The position numbers were made by a program, and so were the translations under genes. 64,000 nucleotides of DNA. Origin: Squalus acanthias (lineage: Eukaryota). Positions 12,511-26,699 of this stretch are shown here, one piece after another. The notes beneath the pieces are model-generated. The model had not been told where the DNA came from and did no database searches. It was given only the letters and a program-made list of their open reading frames with translations. The DNA lies in assembly GCA_030390025.1 (NCBI GenBank), contig CM059433.1, positions 21,702,001-21,766,000 on the forward strand. The letters run 5' to 3'. The first letter of the stretch is position 1; each line of letters opens with the position of its first letter.

Positions 12511-14920
12511 TTAATTAGTCTTTTATTTTGTTTTGCTCCCCCCCGCCCAATTTCTGCTCTCCGCAACAACAACGACGAGTTTCCATTTACTTAACGCCTT
12601 TAATGTAGAAAAGCATCCAAAGATAATTCCAAGGCACAAAGAAAATAGACACTTTAATGTTAATTGACGGGCGGGAAGCCCACAGGATTGGGTTTACACC
12701 CCGCCCAATATTACTCCCCAGTGACTTCAATGGAGAGTCAAATTGGGCGGGGTGTAAAAGCAGTGTTGCACCCAATCGCGTCAGTTTTCCGACGGGCGGA
12801 TTAGATTAAAATTGCCCCATCTAAATAAATGAAGATCAGGATAGGTGGCTCATGCTAAGGCACGATCCACAGGCACCCAACTAGTTCTTCTTCATCTGCT
12901 GACGTAGTGAGTGCCAGAGGCTATTTAATCTGGGGGGGAGGGGTGAGGTTGCTGGGGACGGAGGGTGGAGTAGGAGGGTGGGGGTGGCATCAAAGCCGTG
13001 TCCAATCCAGATTGTAATTGAAAGCAGGAACCCTGTCAAATATTTTCCCTCCCTAATCCTAGACGCTGCATTGAATTGTAGCACCTTAGCTGCTTCCCCG
13101 ATTGAGATTGACTCGCTATCACAAGTCGAGGAGTGAGCGTGGGACTTCCTGATCTTTTGCCTTAGTACCATATCAGGCAATTCATGAACTTACAAGGAGC
13201 AAAATGCCTCCTATCAATTTTACTGAACAAGTCCACCTTTTTCTTCTTTTGCACTCACACCAACTTTTTCACAAAAAACTATCAAAACGGGAAATATCAC
13301 CCGAACAGGGATTGATCAGACTACTGGGAAAATTAGATTGAAGACATGAAGATAACTGTCAGTGCTAAATTCTTTATTGGAAACAGTCCCGGCTGCCACC
13401 AGATAGATTTTTCAATCGGGTACTGACTTTATACATCCCGCCAGCATGTTTTAAAACTTGACTGGGTTTTAAAAGTTGTGCAGCGATATTAAAAATTCAG
13501 CATATGTGTTTGAATGCAGTTGTAAAGTTGTACCGTTGTCTAATTTCCATTTTTAAAAAGTTTTAAAAAGCATAACTACAATCCAAATAGATAGATATTT
13601 GGAAAGCTGTCTAAAGTGCAAGTTGTTTCATTTCCTTGCTATTAAATTAATTTTAACATCAGAATGTACAAAGTGCACATCAACAGTTACAATGATACGC
13701 AGATGAGACTTGGATTGAAAGTATCTATCAGCTGTCAAAAGACTGAGGAAATACTGCTGAGAATTTGTGATCGCATGACTTGGCATGAAACCGAGACATA
13801 TTGGAGCTTTTGGGAAAAGTGTTGGGCCAGTTTTAAGGTATTACGAACATGTTAATGGCAAAAATAACTTCAGTAAGATCTTCAAGTATCACTGGTACAC
13901 GCATCTTGCTCTGGCTGTTAAAATGTTGCAGGTTTTTTTTTTCATAAAGTTTTACTTAAATTATGAATCCTCACTAAAAATATGTATTTTTCTCTCAGTT
14001 GCAAAGTGTGCTTTCATTTCATTTTCTTTTCCTCCCTGAATGAGAATTGAAAGTTGATAAAGGTTTGTTTGGGTATTGTTTCTTTTGAATAAACAAACTG
14101 CATATTTGAGCCAGATTGTATTTAGCAGTGTAACGTAACACGAGACATTTATGTACGTTAGTATCGAATGCAATTGTTTTACCACAAACACAGTGGCAAA
14201 TTCAAGTTAGTACTGACATAATTTTAATATAGGAGTTGTGGCCTAATATTCTTGAGTCCATAATAAATCATCAAGGGATTGGTGGATAGATCACATCGAA
14301 CAAGACCATTGCAAAGAAGTGTGCGATGCAGGTTCCAGTACAGCATCCCAGAAACCAAAATGAGTTATGACAGCAAGCCACAGTGTGCTTGGAAGCTGGC
14401 CTGTTGGGCAGGTAGAATTCTGCCAGTAATTAGATTTCAGTGTGTGCAGCCAGGTGAAGCAGACTGTTCACACTGGGCACTCTGAGTGCCGCAGGCCCAG
14501 GGGAAGCACATTATGTGCCTTGGCATATGCTGTGATGCTCTCAGTTTCAGAGGAAACTGGTGTGGCTGCACTATTGGCAGGTACAACCCTTGCCAGCACA
14601 AGCGAAGCATAATTGCTCAATGTACTTCACTTGCACCAGTGCCCGCAGGCACCCGTAAGTAAGGCAGTAACTTTAAAGTGGCAGTGTTTCAGCAGTGCAT
14701 GTAAGTAACTCTCCTTGCAGCATTAGAAATACAAGAAATAACAGAGACCCAGTTGACTTAAAGCCCTCAGGTACGCTCGCTTGTGCTCTGCTGTCAGGGA
14801 TGCTGCTCCAAGCAGCCTTTTGGTCAGTGCCGCACAGCATGCTGCAAGTAATTTTCTGTTGTTTGAGAGTAAACAAGCCACACTTCAATCTCCCCATCAG
14901 TGTTTCTTTAGTTTGAGTAA

Positions 14921-15106
<186 letters not shown>

Positions 15107-15220
15107 TAATTCCCAGAAAAAAAAATGTTTTGGTTAAATATCATGCAGCATAATTACATTCTGTATGCTGCCGTACAGGCGCACGACTTATTAACGCTAA
15201 TAGCCTTACTTTTATTGTGA

Positions 15221-15487
<267 letters not shown>

Positions 15488-15974
15488 TGATTAATACATA
15501 GTAGCGTTTAAATGCTTAACCTTCTTTAGATCCGAAACTGTACGCAGTAACTTCTGTTTAATAAAAAAAATCACGAAGAAGTGACATTTATGTAATAATC
15601 TGATTTTTATAGTTGGCTGTTTTAACATGTAATCCAGGTTACAAAAACACACGGGTAATTGGAGAAAAGTTGCATTTTGAGCTATTTTCAGTTCCTCATC
15701 TCTACAAACGCTTCTGATTCCAATTTCTGGAACATTTATATTTTAATATAAATATTAGTCAGCCTCTAGAAGTTACATTTTCTTTCCAGTGTATGAGGAA
15801 TAGAAATGCCAGTGTTTGGTTGTGACACTAATGCTATATTTAACAAGAATTTTATTATTTTTCAAATGTACATCAGGTGTAATATGAAGCAACCATGTTT
15901 TATTTTTATATTTTCAATATTCTAATTAGGATTTTAATTTTTACAGTGAATGACATAGACGAGAAGGAAAATTG

Positions 15975-17402
15975 TAAATGCTGGAAATCTTTTAAATGCA
16001 CAGCAGATCAATTGCTATCTAAAAGGAAAAATAGAGGTTAATGTTCCACGATGAGTTCTGATGGAGAGTTCCAACAACAACATTAACTTATGGGCCTAAT
16101 TTTAATGGGGAAGGCAGGTTGGGAGCAGAAGGGCTCTGACGTGGTCGGGAAATCCGGGAGAACGGGTTTCCTGCAGGCCCTGCCGAATTTAACAGCAGGG
16201 CCTGATTTGCATGGGAAGCCTCTGTTTGCCACCTGCAGCCAGCCAGATTGGGAGGCTGGTAGGTAGGCCTGCACCACTAGGCTGCACAGAAGAGGGAGGG
16301 AGAAATTGCGTGGGGTCGGGGGGCAGCCGGAGGAGTGGGGGCGGGGGGACGGTTGCAAGAGGATCGGGGACCTGGGAGTGGCTGGAGGAGTGGGGGGGGG
16401 AGGGAGGTTGGGGGTGGGGGGAAGCAGAGATCACCAACTGGGAGGAGCAGTGGCGGAGGTCTGAAGAGATCGAAGGCCTGGACCAGCACAGGGAGGGGGA
16501 CTGAAGAGATCGGCGGCTGGGACCAGCACGGGGAGGAGGGAGTCTGAAGACATTGGAAGGCTGGAGGAGCATTGGCGGGGAAGGCCTCATGTGGGATCGG
16601 AGGCCTCATGGGGGTGTCTCCGATCATGGAGGATGGGTTACGTAGGGACGCTGGATTCAGCAGGTAAGTATAAAGGCACTTACCTCCTGGATCCAGCAGC
16701 CCTCACCTTGCATTAGCTAACGGGTTTCACGAGGCCTGCAAAACCCGACCAGCTAAAGTTAAATTTAAAATGGAGATTAAAGCAGAGGCTTCCAGCCTCA
16801 TTATAATATTTAAATAGACAATCCGCTTCCTGGCAGTAGATTGGCTACCCGCCTCCGTTAAAACCGGAAGTGGGCGGGTTGGAGGTGGGTTCTGGTCAGG
16901 ATTCAGATTTTTTAACACTTGTGGGGCAACTTTTCGGAGGGTCAGCGGGCATGTTTGGTGGCGGGTCGGGTTTTTTTTTTGACAGCTGGGAGGGAGTCAT
17001 GGGAGAGCCTGGGTGCAGCTGTGCACCTTTGTGCAGTGTTTGCAGCACCTCAATGCTGTAGAACACTGACAGCACAACTGTCAAAATCAATTTGTGCATG
17101 GTCCCTTTAAGGAAACCAGCTGATGACGCGTCATCAAGTGACGTCATCAGACCCGCTTCCTTCAATTGGCCGGCAAATGCGCTGGGCGGGCTTAACAAGC
17201 CCAATCAGCGTAAGATCACTTTGGACAGCGGGCTGGAGCCAGCAGCGGGGTCGCACCCCACCACCGGCCCCGGCCGCACCGGACGCGCCGAGGTAGGGGA
17301 AATCGCGGCCTTTAACTTCCTACACGCCCCGAACCAACCCGTTATTTTAGGTTAAAATTCCCCCCTATATTTCAGCTGCTGACTGACCTGCTGTGCATTT
17401 CT
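15975..17402. mobile_element. Penelope-type terminal-repeat relic in inverted arrangement, split by a MITE
   Basis: aaatgcacagcagatca (about 15995) is mirrored by tgacctgctgtgcattt (about 17385). Same family as 33440-33600 and 50610-50752. Confidence 0.55.
16092..17365. mobile_element. Harbinger-type MITE
   Basis: Termini gggcctaattttaa and ttaaaattcccccc; 3-bp TSD tat/tat. Inverted relative of 26700-27655. Confidence 0.8.
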
Positions 17403-18169
17403 GAATGTCTTCTTTATATTGCCTTCTTAATACTTTCATTAATAACAAAACATTTATGTGTAAAGTTTGACAGAACCAAGGGCAGAGGAGGGGAATGTTT
17501 AATAAAATATTCTATATATTTGTGAGGAAGAGCTTTATTTTTGTCTTTTGAGCTGCAAGGCTTTCCCCGTGTAAAATAAACCGGGTGCCATTTTTACCCA
17601 ATGTGTATCCACTGTGTGTTTGGATTGGAATTGATATTTATCTAAATAAGCAACATAGTGGTACATTGTGATGTGAACCTCTAACAGGCTGATCTACAGA
17701 AGTGTTCGGTCCAGTTTTACACTTGTAATTACGCAGTGATTTATCGTCGGCTGTGGTGTTATGGTTAGTCACCGTGCAAAGGCCAGGCACCCCTTGACAG
17801 AGAGGGAGAGAAAATCAGTGGAAGAATCACCTCAAGTAGCTCTCACACTGCACTAGTGACTGGTCATATAGTGTGACTGTGATGGAGGGAGGCTAAGGAT
17901 CAGGTCTATTTTCCTGTATTCGTGGCTGCCAGTCGCAAGTGATGCGGAAAGAGGCCACCTGGCGAAAAAAGTAAAATATCTCAAAGTTTCTTGAATGTCA
18001 AAAATCAGCCTGTTAGTTTGCATCATTATATTGTGTAATGCAAATGTGTGATATTCCTGCCACAGATCAAATCCCTGTTAAAATGCAGTTGGGATTCAGA
18101 TGTACTGCCAGTTCTAAACCAGACAAGATTCTTCTGCGAAGTGCCAACACTTAACTTATGCTTTCCAAC

Positions 18170-18480
18170 TGTTTTCCCTTCTTCCTTGACTGTTGCTGGT
18201 GTACACATCCACAGGTGCTAGCAGCCATCTGTTGCCTCACTCAAATAACCATTCTTCACGTGTGAGCCAATACAGCAAATACCAATGGGATATATTTGAC
18301 TGTGAAGGACCATCGCAGCCGAACCTGAACCTGTCCTCACTTGAGTCACTGGATTACAATTAGGAGCAGGAATCCTGGTTAATAGTCCCCTTAACTGCTG
18401 TCCTGGCTAAGGTCAGTTAACTCAGCACTGGGAGTCGAACCTGCACTTTACTGTTCCGCATGGTTTTTGTGCTAGAGTGG
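18170..18480 (-). mobile_element. Old tRNA-derived SINE (family also at about 12990-13180 and 62285-62720)
   Basis: Shared ctgtcctcac, ctaactcagca and tcgaacc (B-box reverse complement) motifs between the copies. Confidence 0.5.
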
Positions 18481-18621
18481 GTTACACTAATCTTTTTAAC
18501 TCTTGCCCACGTAGTAGAGTCTTATTGACCAGTCCCTCCAGAATCCATAGATAGCTGCAGCACATTTCCGCTTTTCCATTGTTTTTTATCCCCATTTAAT
18601 TGAAAATGTTCCCTTTTGTGA

Positions 18622-18852
<231 letters not shown>

Positions 18853-19564
18853 TAAACAGCATTTTTAATTGAGTGGGCGAGGATGTTATATCTTGGCGCA
18901 CAGCAATTTAGAGATGATGAGAGAAATTGCCAACCCTCCCAGCACAAGTTTTAATTTTTCATTATGACTTTTGGCAAGGTTACACAATCAATATAATATT
19001 GTACAGCTAAAAAATATTATAGAGAACTGTAAAGGTGCTATGATTCCATTTCAGACTGATTCTATTTTTAAAAGGGGATCCGTGTCTTTTTCTGATTGGA
19101 AGGAGGAAATCATGCACTGGAAACTTGCACCAAAGTAATGACGTAGAAACAGCATACGCCATTATTAATACATAAACGTTCCAGGAAATAAAGGATAATG
19201 ATAATGATTATTTGCAATGCTCCATAATTGGCTGGGACATTTGCTCCACTCCACCCATAGCCTCGCCTAAGCCAATAAAAGTTTTCTCTCATCGCTCATC
19301 CCACTATTGCAGACAATGGCAATCGCTGCAGCCACTTAGACTGAAAAGTAATGGTGTGTGTAACCTGGTATTGGGGCAATTTATGGCCCTTACATCAATC
19401 TCAGCCTGGGAGGCCAACTAAGGGACCATTAAAGCGATGGAGCTGCACCCCAGCAGCTTGGAAACTGTTCTCAGAGTTTTCTTTTTCTAATCTCTCAGTT
19501 TTGTCAGACTTTTCTTGCCAGTTTTGCCATCCAGTGTCACGTTAGTGTCTGAAGACAATTAATT

Positions 19565-20590
19565 AAGGTATACAGTGGTGCTCCCCAGGGATCGGTACAA
19601 GGACCACTGCTTTTCTTGATATATATTAATGATTTCGATTTAGGTGTACTGGGCACTATTTCAAAATTTGCAGATGACACAAAACTTGGAAGTATAGTAA
19701 ACAGTGAGGAGGATAGTGATAGACTTCAAGAGGATATAAACAGGTTGGTGGAATGGGTGGACACATGGCAGGTGATGTTTGACGCAGAAAAGTGCGAGGT
19801 GATACATTTTGGTAGGAAGAACAAGGAGAGGCAATATAATCTAAACAATACAATTCTAAAGGGGGTGCAGGAACAGAGCAACCTGGGGATATATGTGCAC
19901 AAATCGCTGATGGTGGCAGGACAGGTTGAGAAAGCCGTTAAAAAAGCATACAGGATCCTGGGCTTTATAAATAGAGGTATAGAGTACAAAAGCGTGGAAA
20001 TGAAGATGAACCTTTATTAAACACTAGTTTGGCCTCAACTGGAGTATTGTGTCCAATTCTGGGCACCGCACTTTAGGAAGGATGTGAAGGCTTTGGAGAG
20101 GGTGCAGAAAAGATTTACAAGAATGGTTCCAGGGATGAGGGACTTCAGTTACGTGGATAGACAGGAGAAACTGGGGGTGTTCTCCTTAGAGCAGAGAAGG
20201 TTGAGAGGAGATTTGATAGAGGTGTTCAAAATCATGAGGGGTCTGGACAGAGTAGATAGAGAGAAACTGTTCCCATTGGCGGAAGGGTCGAGAACCAGAG
20301 GACACAGATTTAAGGTGATTGGCAGAAGGTCCAAAGGTGGCATGATGAAAAACTTTTTTACGCAGCGAGTGGTTATGATCTGGAATGCACTGCCTGAAAG
20401 GGTGGTGGAGGCAGATTCAATCATGGCTTTCAAAAGGGAATTTGATAAGTACCTGAAAGGAAAACAATTGCAGGGCTACAGAGAAAGGGTGGGGATTGGG
20501 ACTAGCTAAAGTGCTCTTGCAGAGAGCTGGCACAGGCTCGACGGGCTGAATGGCCTCCTACTGTGCTGTAACGATTCTATGATTCTAATT
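19565..20590 (+). mobile_element. 5'-truncated CR1 LINE (RT plus 3' UTR)
   Basis: PQGSV, IYIND, KFADDTK, LRGDLIEVFKI, RTRGH and FFTQRVV.WNALP motifs. 3' tail gctcgacgggctgaatggcc...attctatgattcta. Confidence 0.93.
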
Positions 20591-20939
20591 TCAGGACCCC
20601 CACATCTTGCTACGTGTTACGAAGGTGAAGGTATTTTAATAGCCAATTTACTGAATATTCCCCTGCTCTTGATTATCACGGACCACCTGGAAGAGAAGCA
20701 TAGGGAGGAGGCCCAGTACTTAAGGCACCATGGTCGGAGACTGAACCGATCTTCCTCCTAACCACCACCCCCACCACCCCACCACCCCCAGAGAGTCTAT
20801 AGGGAACATTCACAACCTGCAGTTCTTTCATAGTGCAGTGGTTGAATGACCACATTATGATCCCATCATGCCATTTGGGGCAGTGAAAATCTTGCTTCTT
20901 TCAATTTCTTCATGTCTCTCGCAAGTCTAAGAAATCTCG

Positions 20940-21210
20940 CAAGAACAAGGGGGCATAATCTTAGAATTATAACTCGGCCATTCAGGACAAGATCACACAA
21001 AGGGCAGTAGAAATCTGGAACTCTCCCCCAAAGGGTTTGGATGCTGGGACAATTGAATCTTTCAAGACTGAGAAAGGTAGATTTTTGTTAGGTAAGGGTC
21101 TCAAGGGATATGGAGCACAGGCGGGAAAATGGAGACGCAGTGCAGATCAGCCATGATCTAACTGAATGGCGTAGCGTGCCTATTCCTACTCCTAATGTTC
21201 CTATGTTCAT
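20940..21210 (+). mobile_element. CR1 3' fragment
   Basis: aagaacaagggggcataatc...gatcagccatgatc...cctattcctactcctaatgttcctatgttc tail. Confidence 0.75.
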
Positions 21211-21404
21211 AACTCAAAATTGTAGAACTGCTTACTTCCCTCAGTCTTTCCTTTCTCCTACAATCTGGAGGCTTTTAATTCACCGCCTTGGCATCATGTA
21301 ATCATTGCTTTATCATTTAACCTTTACTACTTTTACTTTTTTTTTATCAATCATGGTGATTCCCATCACCTTGGTTTCTCTCTCTCTCTCTATAATATAT
21401 AATT

Positions 21405-22186
21405 AGCCCAGAAATTGCAGGAGCAGGACATCTCGCGGCGAGTGCCATGAATTGGATTTTTTATCTCACCCTTCAGATTGTATTATTTTTGTGCCGCAAA
21501 TTGCTGGAAATGTGAATTGCTAACGGCACGACGAGGGCAACAGGGCATCTGGGACCTCCTGAACGTCGGGTCCAATGGTCTGTCTCCTTAACCCATGAAA
21601 TTTAAGGATAGAGAAAGAAACAGAGTGAACGATGGAGAAGGAAGTAGGTCGAATTAGAGTCAATTAGACACAGAAAAAGAAATAGAGGGAGAAAAAAGAG
21701 AGTGGATTAAGAGAGAGAAAAAAATAGACAGAAAGGAAAAGTGAGAATTTAAAAAGAAATTTACATTTAAATTTTTTTTTAAAACCCTCTAACAACAGTT
21801 TACTACCTGCAGAGTGAGACTCCACAGTTTTGTTCTTCCCTTTCTGGGCCTCCAAGGTTGAGTGTCATGTCAGGACCATCAACCATGTCATTAACAGGGT
21901 CCTCACAACATGAATTACCAGCCCATAATGTCTGTGGTGAGATTAATTTGTATTAACAGCACAAATCCAGCAATTTCACGACACACAATGCTGAGGCTCA
22001 CGGTGAGCTGGTAATTTTTTTCAGATCCTGTGAGGGTAACTACAGAGCAGCGCAAATCGCCAGCAATTGGTAGCGATTCAGAACTCATGGCGTATCTCTT
22101 CTTCACCACAAATTGCTGTTTTTTTTACGCACTAATTATGGCGGGCACCATGAACTCACCATCATTTTTCCAGTAATTTTGCGGCC
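21405..22186. mobile_element. Harbinger-type MITE
   Basis: Termini agcccagaaattgc and gtaattttgcggcc. Shares gcatctgggacct and a purine-rich core with 45103-45866. Confidence 0.7.
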
Positions 22187-22862
22187 TATATGAATGTGTA
22201 TGTGTGTGTACATCTTCTGCTCCAAACTCAACCCCTATAAATATGTATAAAATCACAAAGAAGTTGACTGCTAACATGTATGGTACCAAGGAGTGTTACA
22301 AGGTAGGAATTTAATGTGGGGAGGTTGGGTGGAAGTATCACATAGTGCTTAGAAGTGAATTGAGCTTTGACGTTGTCGCTTTTAACTACATATGACCACT
22401 CAATTTTGTTAAAGCTTTCTTATTCACTCCCTGCATCTTGAGTAACAATGGCTGTTTCCAGCTTTCAAAATTCATTCATTTTATTTAAAAATAGTTCATC
22501 CAGAAACTATTTTAGAAGTTTCCAACAGAGTTTGACATTCTTGCTGTGAGAGGTTCTTTAAAGGAATTTTAATGTCTGAAGCTGGTTATAATTATCATCA
22601 TGGAGCAGAAGTGTTACTCCAATTCTCCAAGTTTAAAGTCTCCTCAATGAATATTCTATTGTGTCAGGAGACAGTTGATGTTAGTTCAGCATCATATTAT
22701 AATAAAGGGACTAAAGAACCCACAATTACATTTTACGCTTTTCAAATATATGATGAAAGTACATTTCTCAAAAAATACTGCATTTAAAGTGATGTCTATC
22801 TGGGAGAACTTAATACGATTCCAAGGGCAATAGAGTGCCTGAATTATAACAACAAGGTGTCA

Positions 22863-23328
22863 GACTTGGCTCAGTGGTAGCATCTTTACCTCTCAGTCAG
22901 AAGGTTGTGGGCTCAAGGTGCACTCCAGAGACTTAAGCACATAATCTAAGCTGACACTGTCAGAAGTGCTGTCTTTCAGATGAGATGTTAAACCGAGGCC
23001 CTATCTGCCCCATCAGATGGACGTTAAAGATTTCATGGCACAATTCAAGGAAGAGCAGGGGTGTTCTCCCAGTGTCCTAGCCGACAAATCCTTCAACCAA
23101 TCCTGAAAGCAGATGATCTGGTCATTTATTTAATTGCTGTTTGTGAGACCTTGCTGTGCGCAGATTGACTGCTGTGTTTTCTACATTATGCATTCCTAAA
23201 AATACAAGTTTTTGCTTTCTATTACAACAGTGACTACACCTCAAAAGTACTTCATTGGTTGTAAAGCACTTTGGAACTATCTGAGGTCATGAAAGGTGCT
23301 ATATGAATGCAAATATTTCTTCTTTTGA
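22863..23328 (+). mobile_element. Deu-domain SINE (SacSINE1-like)
   Basis: tRNA head tggctcagtggtagc; Deu core gatgagatgttaaaccgaggcc; L2-type tail gtaaagcactttgg...gaaaggtgctatatgaatgcaa. Confidence 0.8.
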
Positions 23329-23329
23329 T

Positions 23330-24800
23330 ATCTACTTGCATTTATATAGCATCTTATCATAGGAAAACATCCCAAGGCACTTCACAGGAGTGTAATCAGA
23401 CAAAAATTGCCACTGCGCCAAAGAAGAAGTTATTGGGGGGTGACTAAAAGCTTGATTAAATAGATAGGTTTTAAGGAGGAGAGAGAGGCGAAGAGATTTA
23501 GAGAGGGAATTCCAGAGCTTAGGGCCTATACAGCTGAAAGAATGGCCGCCAATGGTGGGGTGAAGGGAGTGGGGGATGGGTAAGAGGCCAGAAGTGGAGG
23601 AACGCAGAGTTCTCTGAGGACTGTAGAGCTGGAAGAGGTTACAGAGATAGAGAGGGGCAAGGTCATGGAGTGATTTGACATTGGTAGACTGGGAGCTACT
23701 GTAGGCCAGCGAGCACAGGGGTGATGAGTGAATGAGATGGTACAGGCTAAGCTATGGGCAGCAGAGTTCTGGATGAACTCAAGTTGAAGAAGGGTGCAAG
23801 AGAGCATTAGATTAGCTGAATCTGGAGGTAACAAAGGCATGGAGGAGGGTTACAGCAGCAGATGGTCTGAGGCAGGGGCGGAGACGAGCAAGGGTACAGA
23901 GGTGGAAGTAGACGGACTTTTTGATGGAGAGGATATGTGGTCGGAAGCACAACTCAAGGTCAAATAGGTTGCGAACAGTCTGGTTCAGCCTGAGTCAGTG
24001 ACCATGGAGGGGGAAATCAGTGGCTAGGGAACAGAGTTGCTGGTGGGGCCGAAGACAATGGCTTTGATCTTCCCAATGCTTAATTGGAGGAAATTGCAGC
24101 TCATCCAGGAATGGATTTTGGACAAGCAGCCTGACAACACAGAGGCAGTGGAGGTTTGAGAGAGACGATAGTGAGGTAGAGCAGGGCGTCCTCGGCATGT
24201 AGAATTTGACATCATGTCTTAGGATGATGTCGCTGAGGGACAGTATGTAGTTGAGAATTAGGAAGAGGGCCAAGGATAGATTCTTGGGGGAGTTCCTAGT
24301 AATGGAGAAGCCATTGCAGGAGATTCTCCGGCTGTGACTGGATAGGTAAGAATGGAACCAGACAAGGGCAGTCCCACTGAGCTGGACAACAGAGGAGAGG
24401 CGTTGGAGGAGGATGGTGTGGTCAACTGTGTCAAAGACCGCAGAGAGGTTGTGAAGGATGAGGAGGGATAATGCACCACAGTCACAGAGGATTTCTTTGT
24501 GACTTTGACTTGGGCTGTTTCAGTGCTGTGGCAGGGACAGTAACCTGATTGGAGAGGTTCAAATGTGGAGTTGAGGGAAAGATGGGCACAGATTTGTGAG
24601 GCAACAACCCCTTAAGGATTTTGGAGAGGAAAAGGAGGTTGGAGAAGTGGCGGGAGTTTGCACGGATAGACGGGTGAAGGGTGGGATTTTTAAAGAGTGG
24701 GGTGATGACGACGGATTTGAAAGGATGAAGGACAGTACCCAAAGAGAGGGAACTGTTTACAATGTCAGCTAACGTGGGCCAGGAAGGGAAGTGAGGTCGT
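23330..24800 (-). mobile_element. L2-clade LINE 3' part, degraded
   Basis: L2 tail (rc gctatataaatgcaagt). Minus-strand RT remnants FKSVVITPLFKNPTLHPS, NLLFLSKIL, WMSCNFLQLSIGK and FIQNSAA. Confidence 0.85.
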
Positions 24801-25175
24801 CATTGTGTAACATATATGCAAATGGCTGCTGCTGACCTCTACAGAATACCAGGCAACATTTTGTTGTGTCATTAGTGGGAAGCAATGTTTCCGAAATGAA
24901 GAGAGTGCCATTTGTAAATTAAAAGGATGGTGCAGATCTCTGTCTCAGAGCCTCTCCAAACATTGATGTTTGAGTTGTGACTTTTGGTGATTGGTGAACT
25001 TTATCACTAATGTATGCCATTGTTTTGTTAATTTGTGGTACAATACCACAACTAAAAAAATGTTTTAAATCCTTTTAGAGAAATGAAGAAAACATTGAAA
25101 ACTATTAAGACTACAATTAAATTAAATAAAATTAATATTCACAATGTTCATCAAGAAAAGAAATTAAAGTCCTAA

Positions 25176-25913
25176 CGGGGAAAAAAATGGTTGATTTGCG
25201 CCTCCCGGGGCGCAAAGCAACTCGCATTTGGGTGCAGCGCTGCTAATGCCTCCCGCGAAATTCAGCGGGAGGTTAGCGGCGGTGGTAACCGTTAGCGTCC
25301 CGCGGCACTGCGCCGCCGGCAATGACGTCATCGCCGTGTGCAGCGCGCCGCCGGCGATGACGTCATCGCTGTGCGCAGCGCCCCGCTTGTGCCCCGGTCG
25401 CGATCTTCGGTAGCGCCCCCTGACTTATTGCCAGACGCTATATCCGAGTGGGTCAGGGGGGCGTACCTGCAGCCGGGGCGGCACAAATTAAAGGAAAGGT
25501 GCCGGGTGGCCATTTTTGTTGCTGGCCGCCTGCCAGCACCTGCCCCCGTTGCTGTCCCCGGACTCCTGTGCAGCCCCCCCGCAGAGTGCCGGCTGCGCTC
25601 CGTGAGCCCGGCACTTCTCTTGAGTGCCGGGCTCTTTTGCCGGCACTCCGATACCTGGTGGCCCAGCTGGGCCCCGGGTCGTGCTGCGCTAGATCCCTCC
25701 CCTTTAATAAGCATGGCGCTGCGGCACATCACGCCGCGATATTCACTCGCAGCGCCTGAAGAGGGAGGGAGAGCGCTTCCAGTAGCGCCCTGCCACCCTC
25801 TTGGAGCGCTACCGGTGAATTTCGGGTGCGGGGGTGCTAACTTTTTCGGGCGCTACTTTTAGCGCCCCGGCGAAGTTACTGTCCCAAAGGGGGCACGACC
25901 CAATTTTTGCCCC
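25176..25913. mobile_element. GC/CpG-rich Harbinger-type MITE
   Basis: Termini cggggaaaaaaatgg and cccaatttttgcccc; TSD taa/taa; dense CpG in an AT-rich background. Confidence 0.7.
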
Positions 25914-26699
25914 TAAGTATCTTATCTGCAGCACACTAACTGCAATTTTCCCTGTAGAAATTGACTGTCAGTTTCTGTTCACGTACTTTCTGATACTTTA
26001 TGGGAGCTTCCATCAAGTGATTGACAAACCTATTCTGGAGATGGGCTGTGTATAATCCTTTGTGGTTTTTTCTGAAATTGCAAGTGCCTTTTTAATTAAT
26101 GGGTGAAGATTATTTTAGGACTTAGTCTTAGTTTTTGTGATATTGCCTGCATTTATTTGCGAAGATCCATTAGAATACATATACTTACTGAAAGTAGTGT
26201 TTCCTTTTTAACCGAGCGCCGCATAAAAGCTTTCCATTGAGTTGGGCATTCCTTTGTGGGTAATCTGAAATTGCAGATGCCTTGTTTTTGACAGATGAGA
26301 ATTACTTGAAAGCCTGTGAAAAGTATTGTGAACCCATTTGTTATTTGTCAGAATGGCCTTTACTTTCTGATTAGTCTGACATTGTTTTATTCGACATTAT
26401 GCAACAATCATCCTGAAAATCAAGAATTACTGACTGCTACGTACGGAGAATGCAAGAGACAGAAGCTGCAGTATTCTTCATTTTCATATCTTTGGCCAAC
26501 ACAATGGGCCATTAAGCCGTAATATAAACTAAGAAGCATAGGTGTATTGTGTCAGTCACATCTCATGGCCTATTGACATGACAACCTTTAATTATCTGTG
26601 AACAGGAAACATGGAAGCTGGCACATTTTCCATCATTACACCAAGTAAAGCTGACTACTATGATTGTAATGGTTGAGAGATTTTATTCATAAAGTCTAT

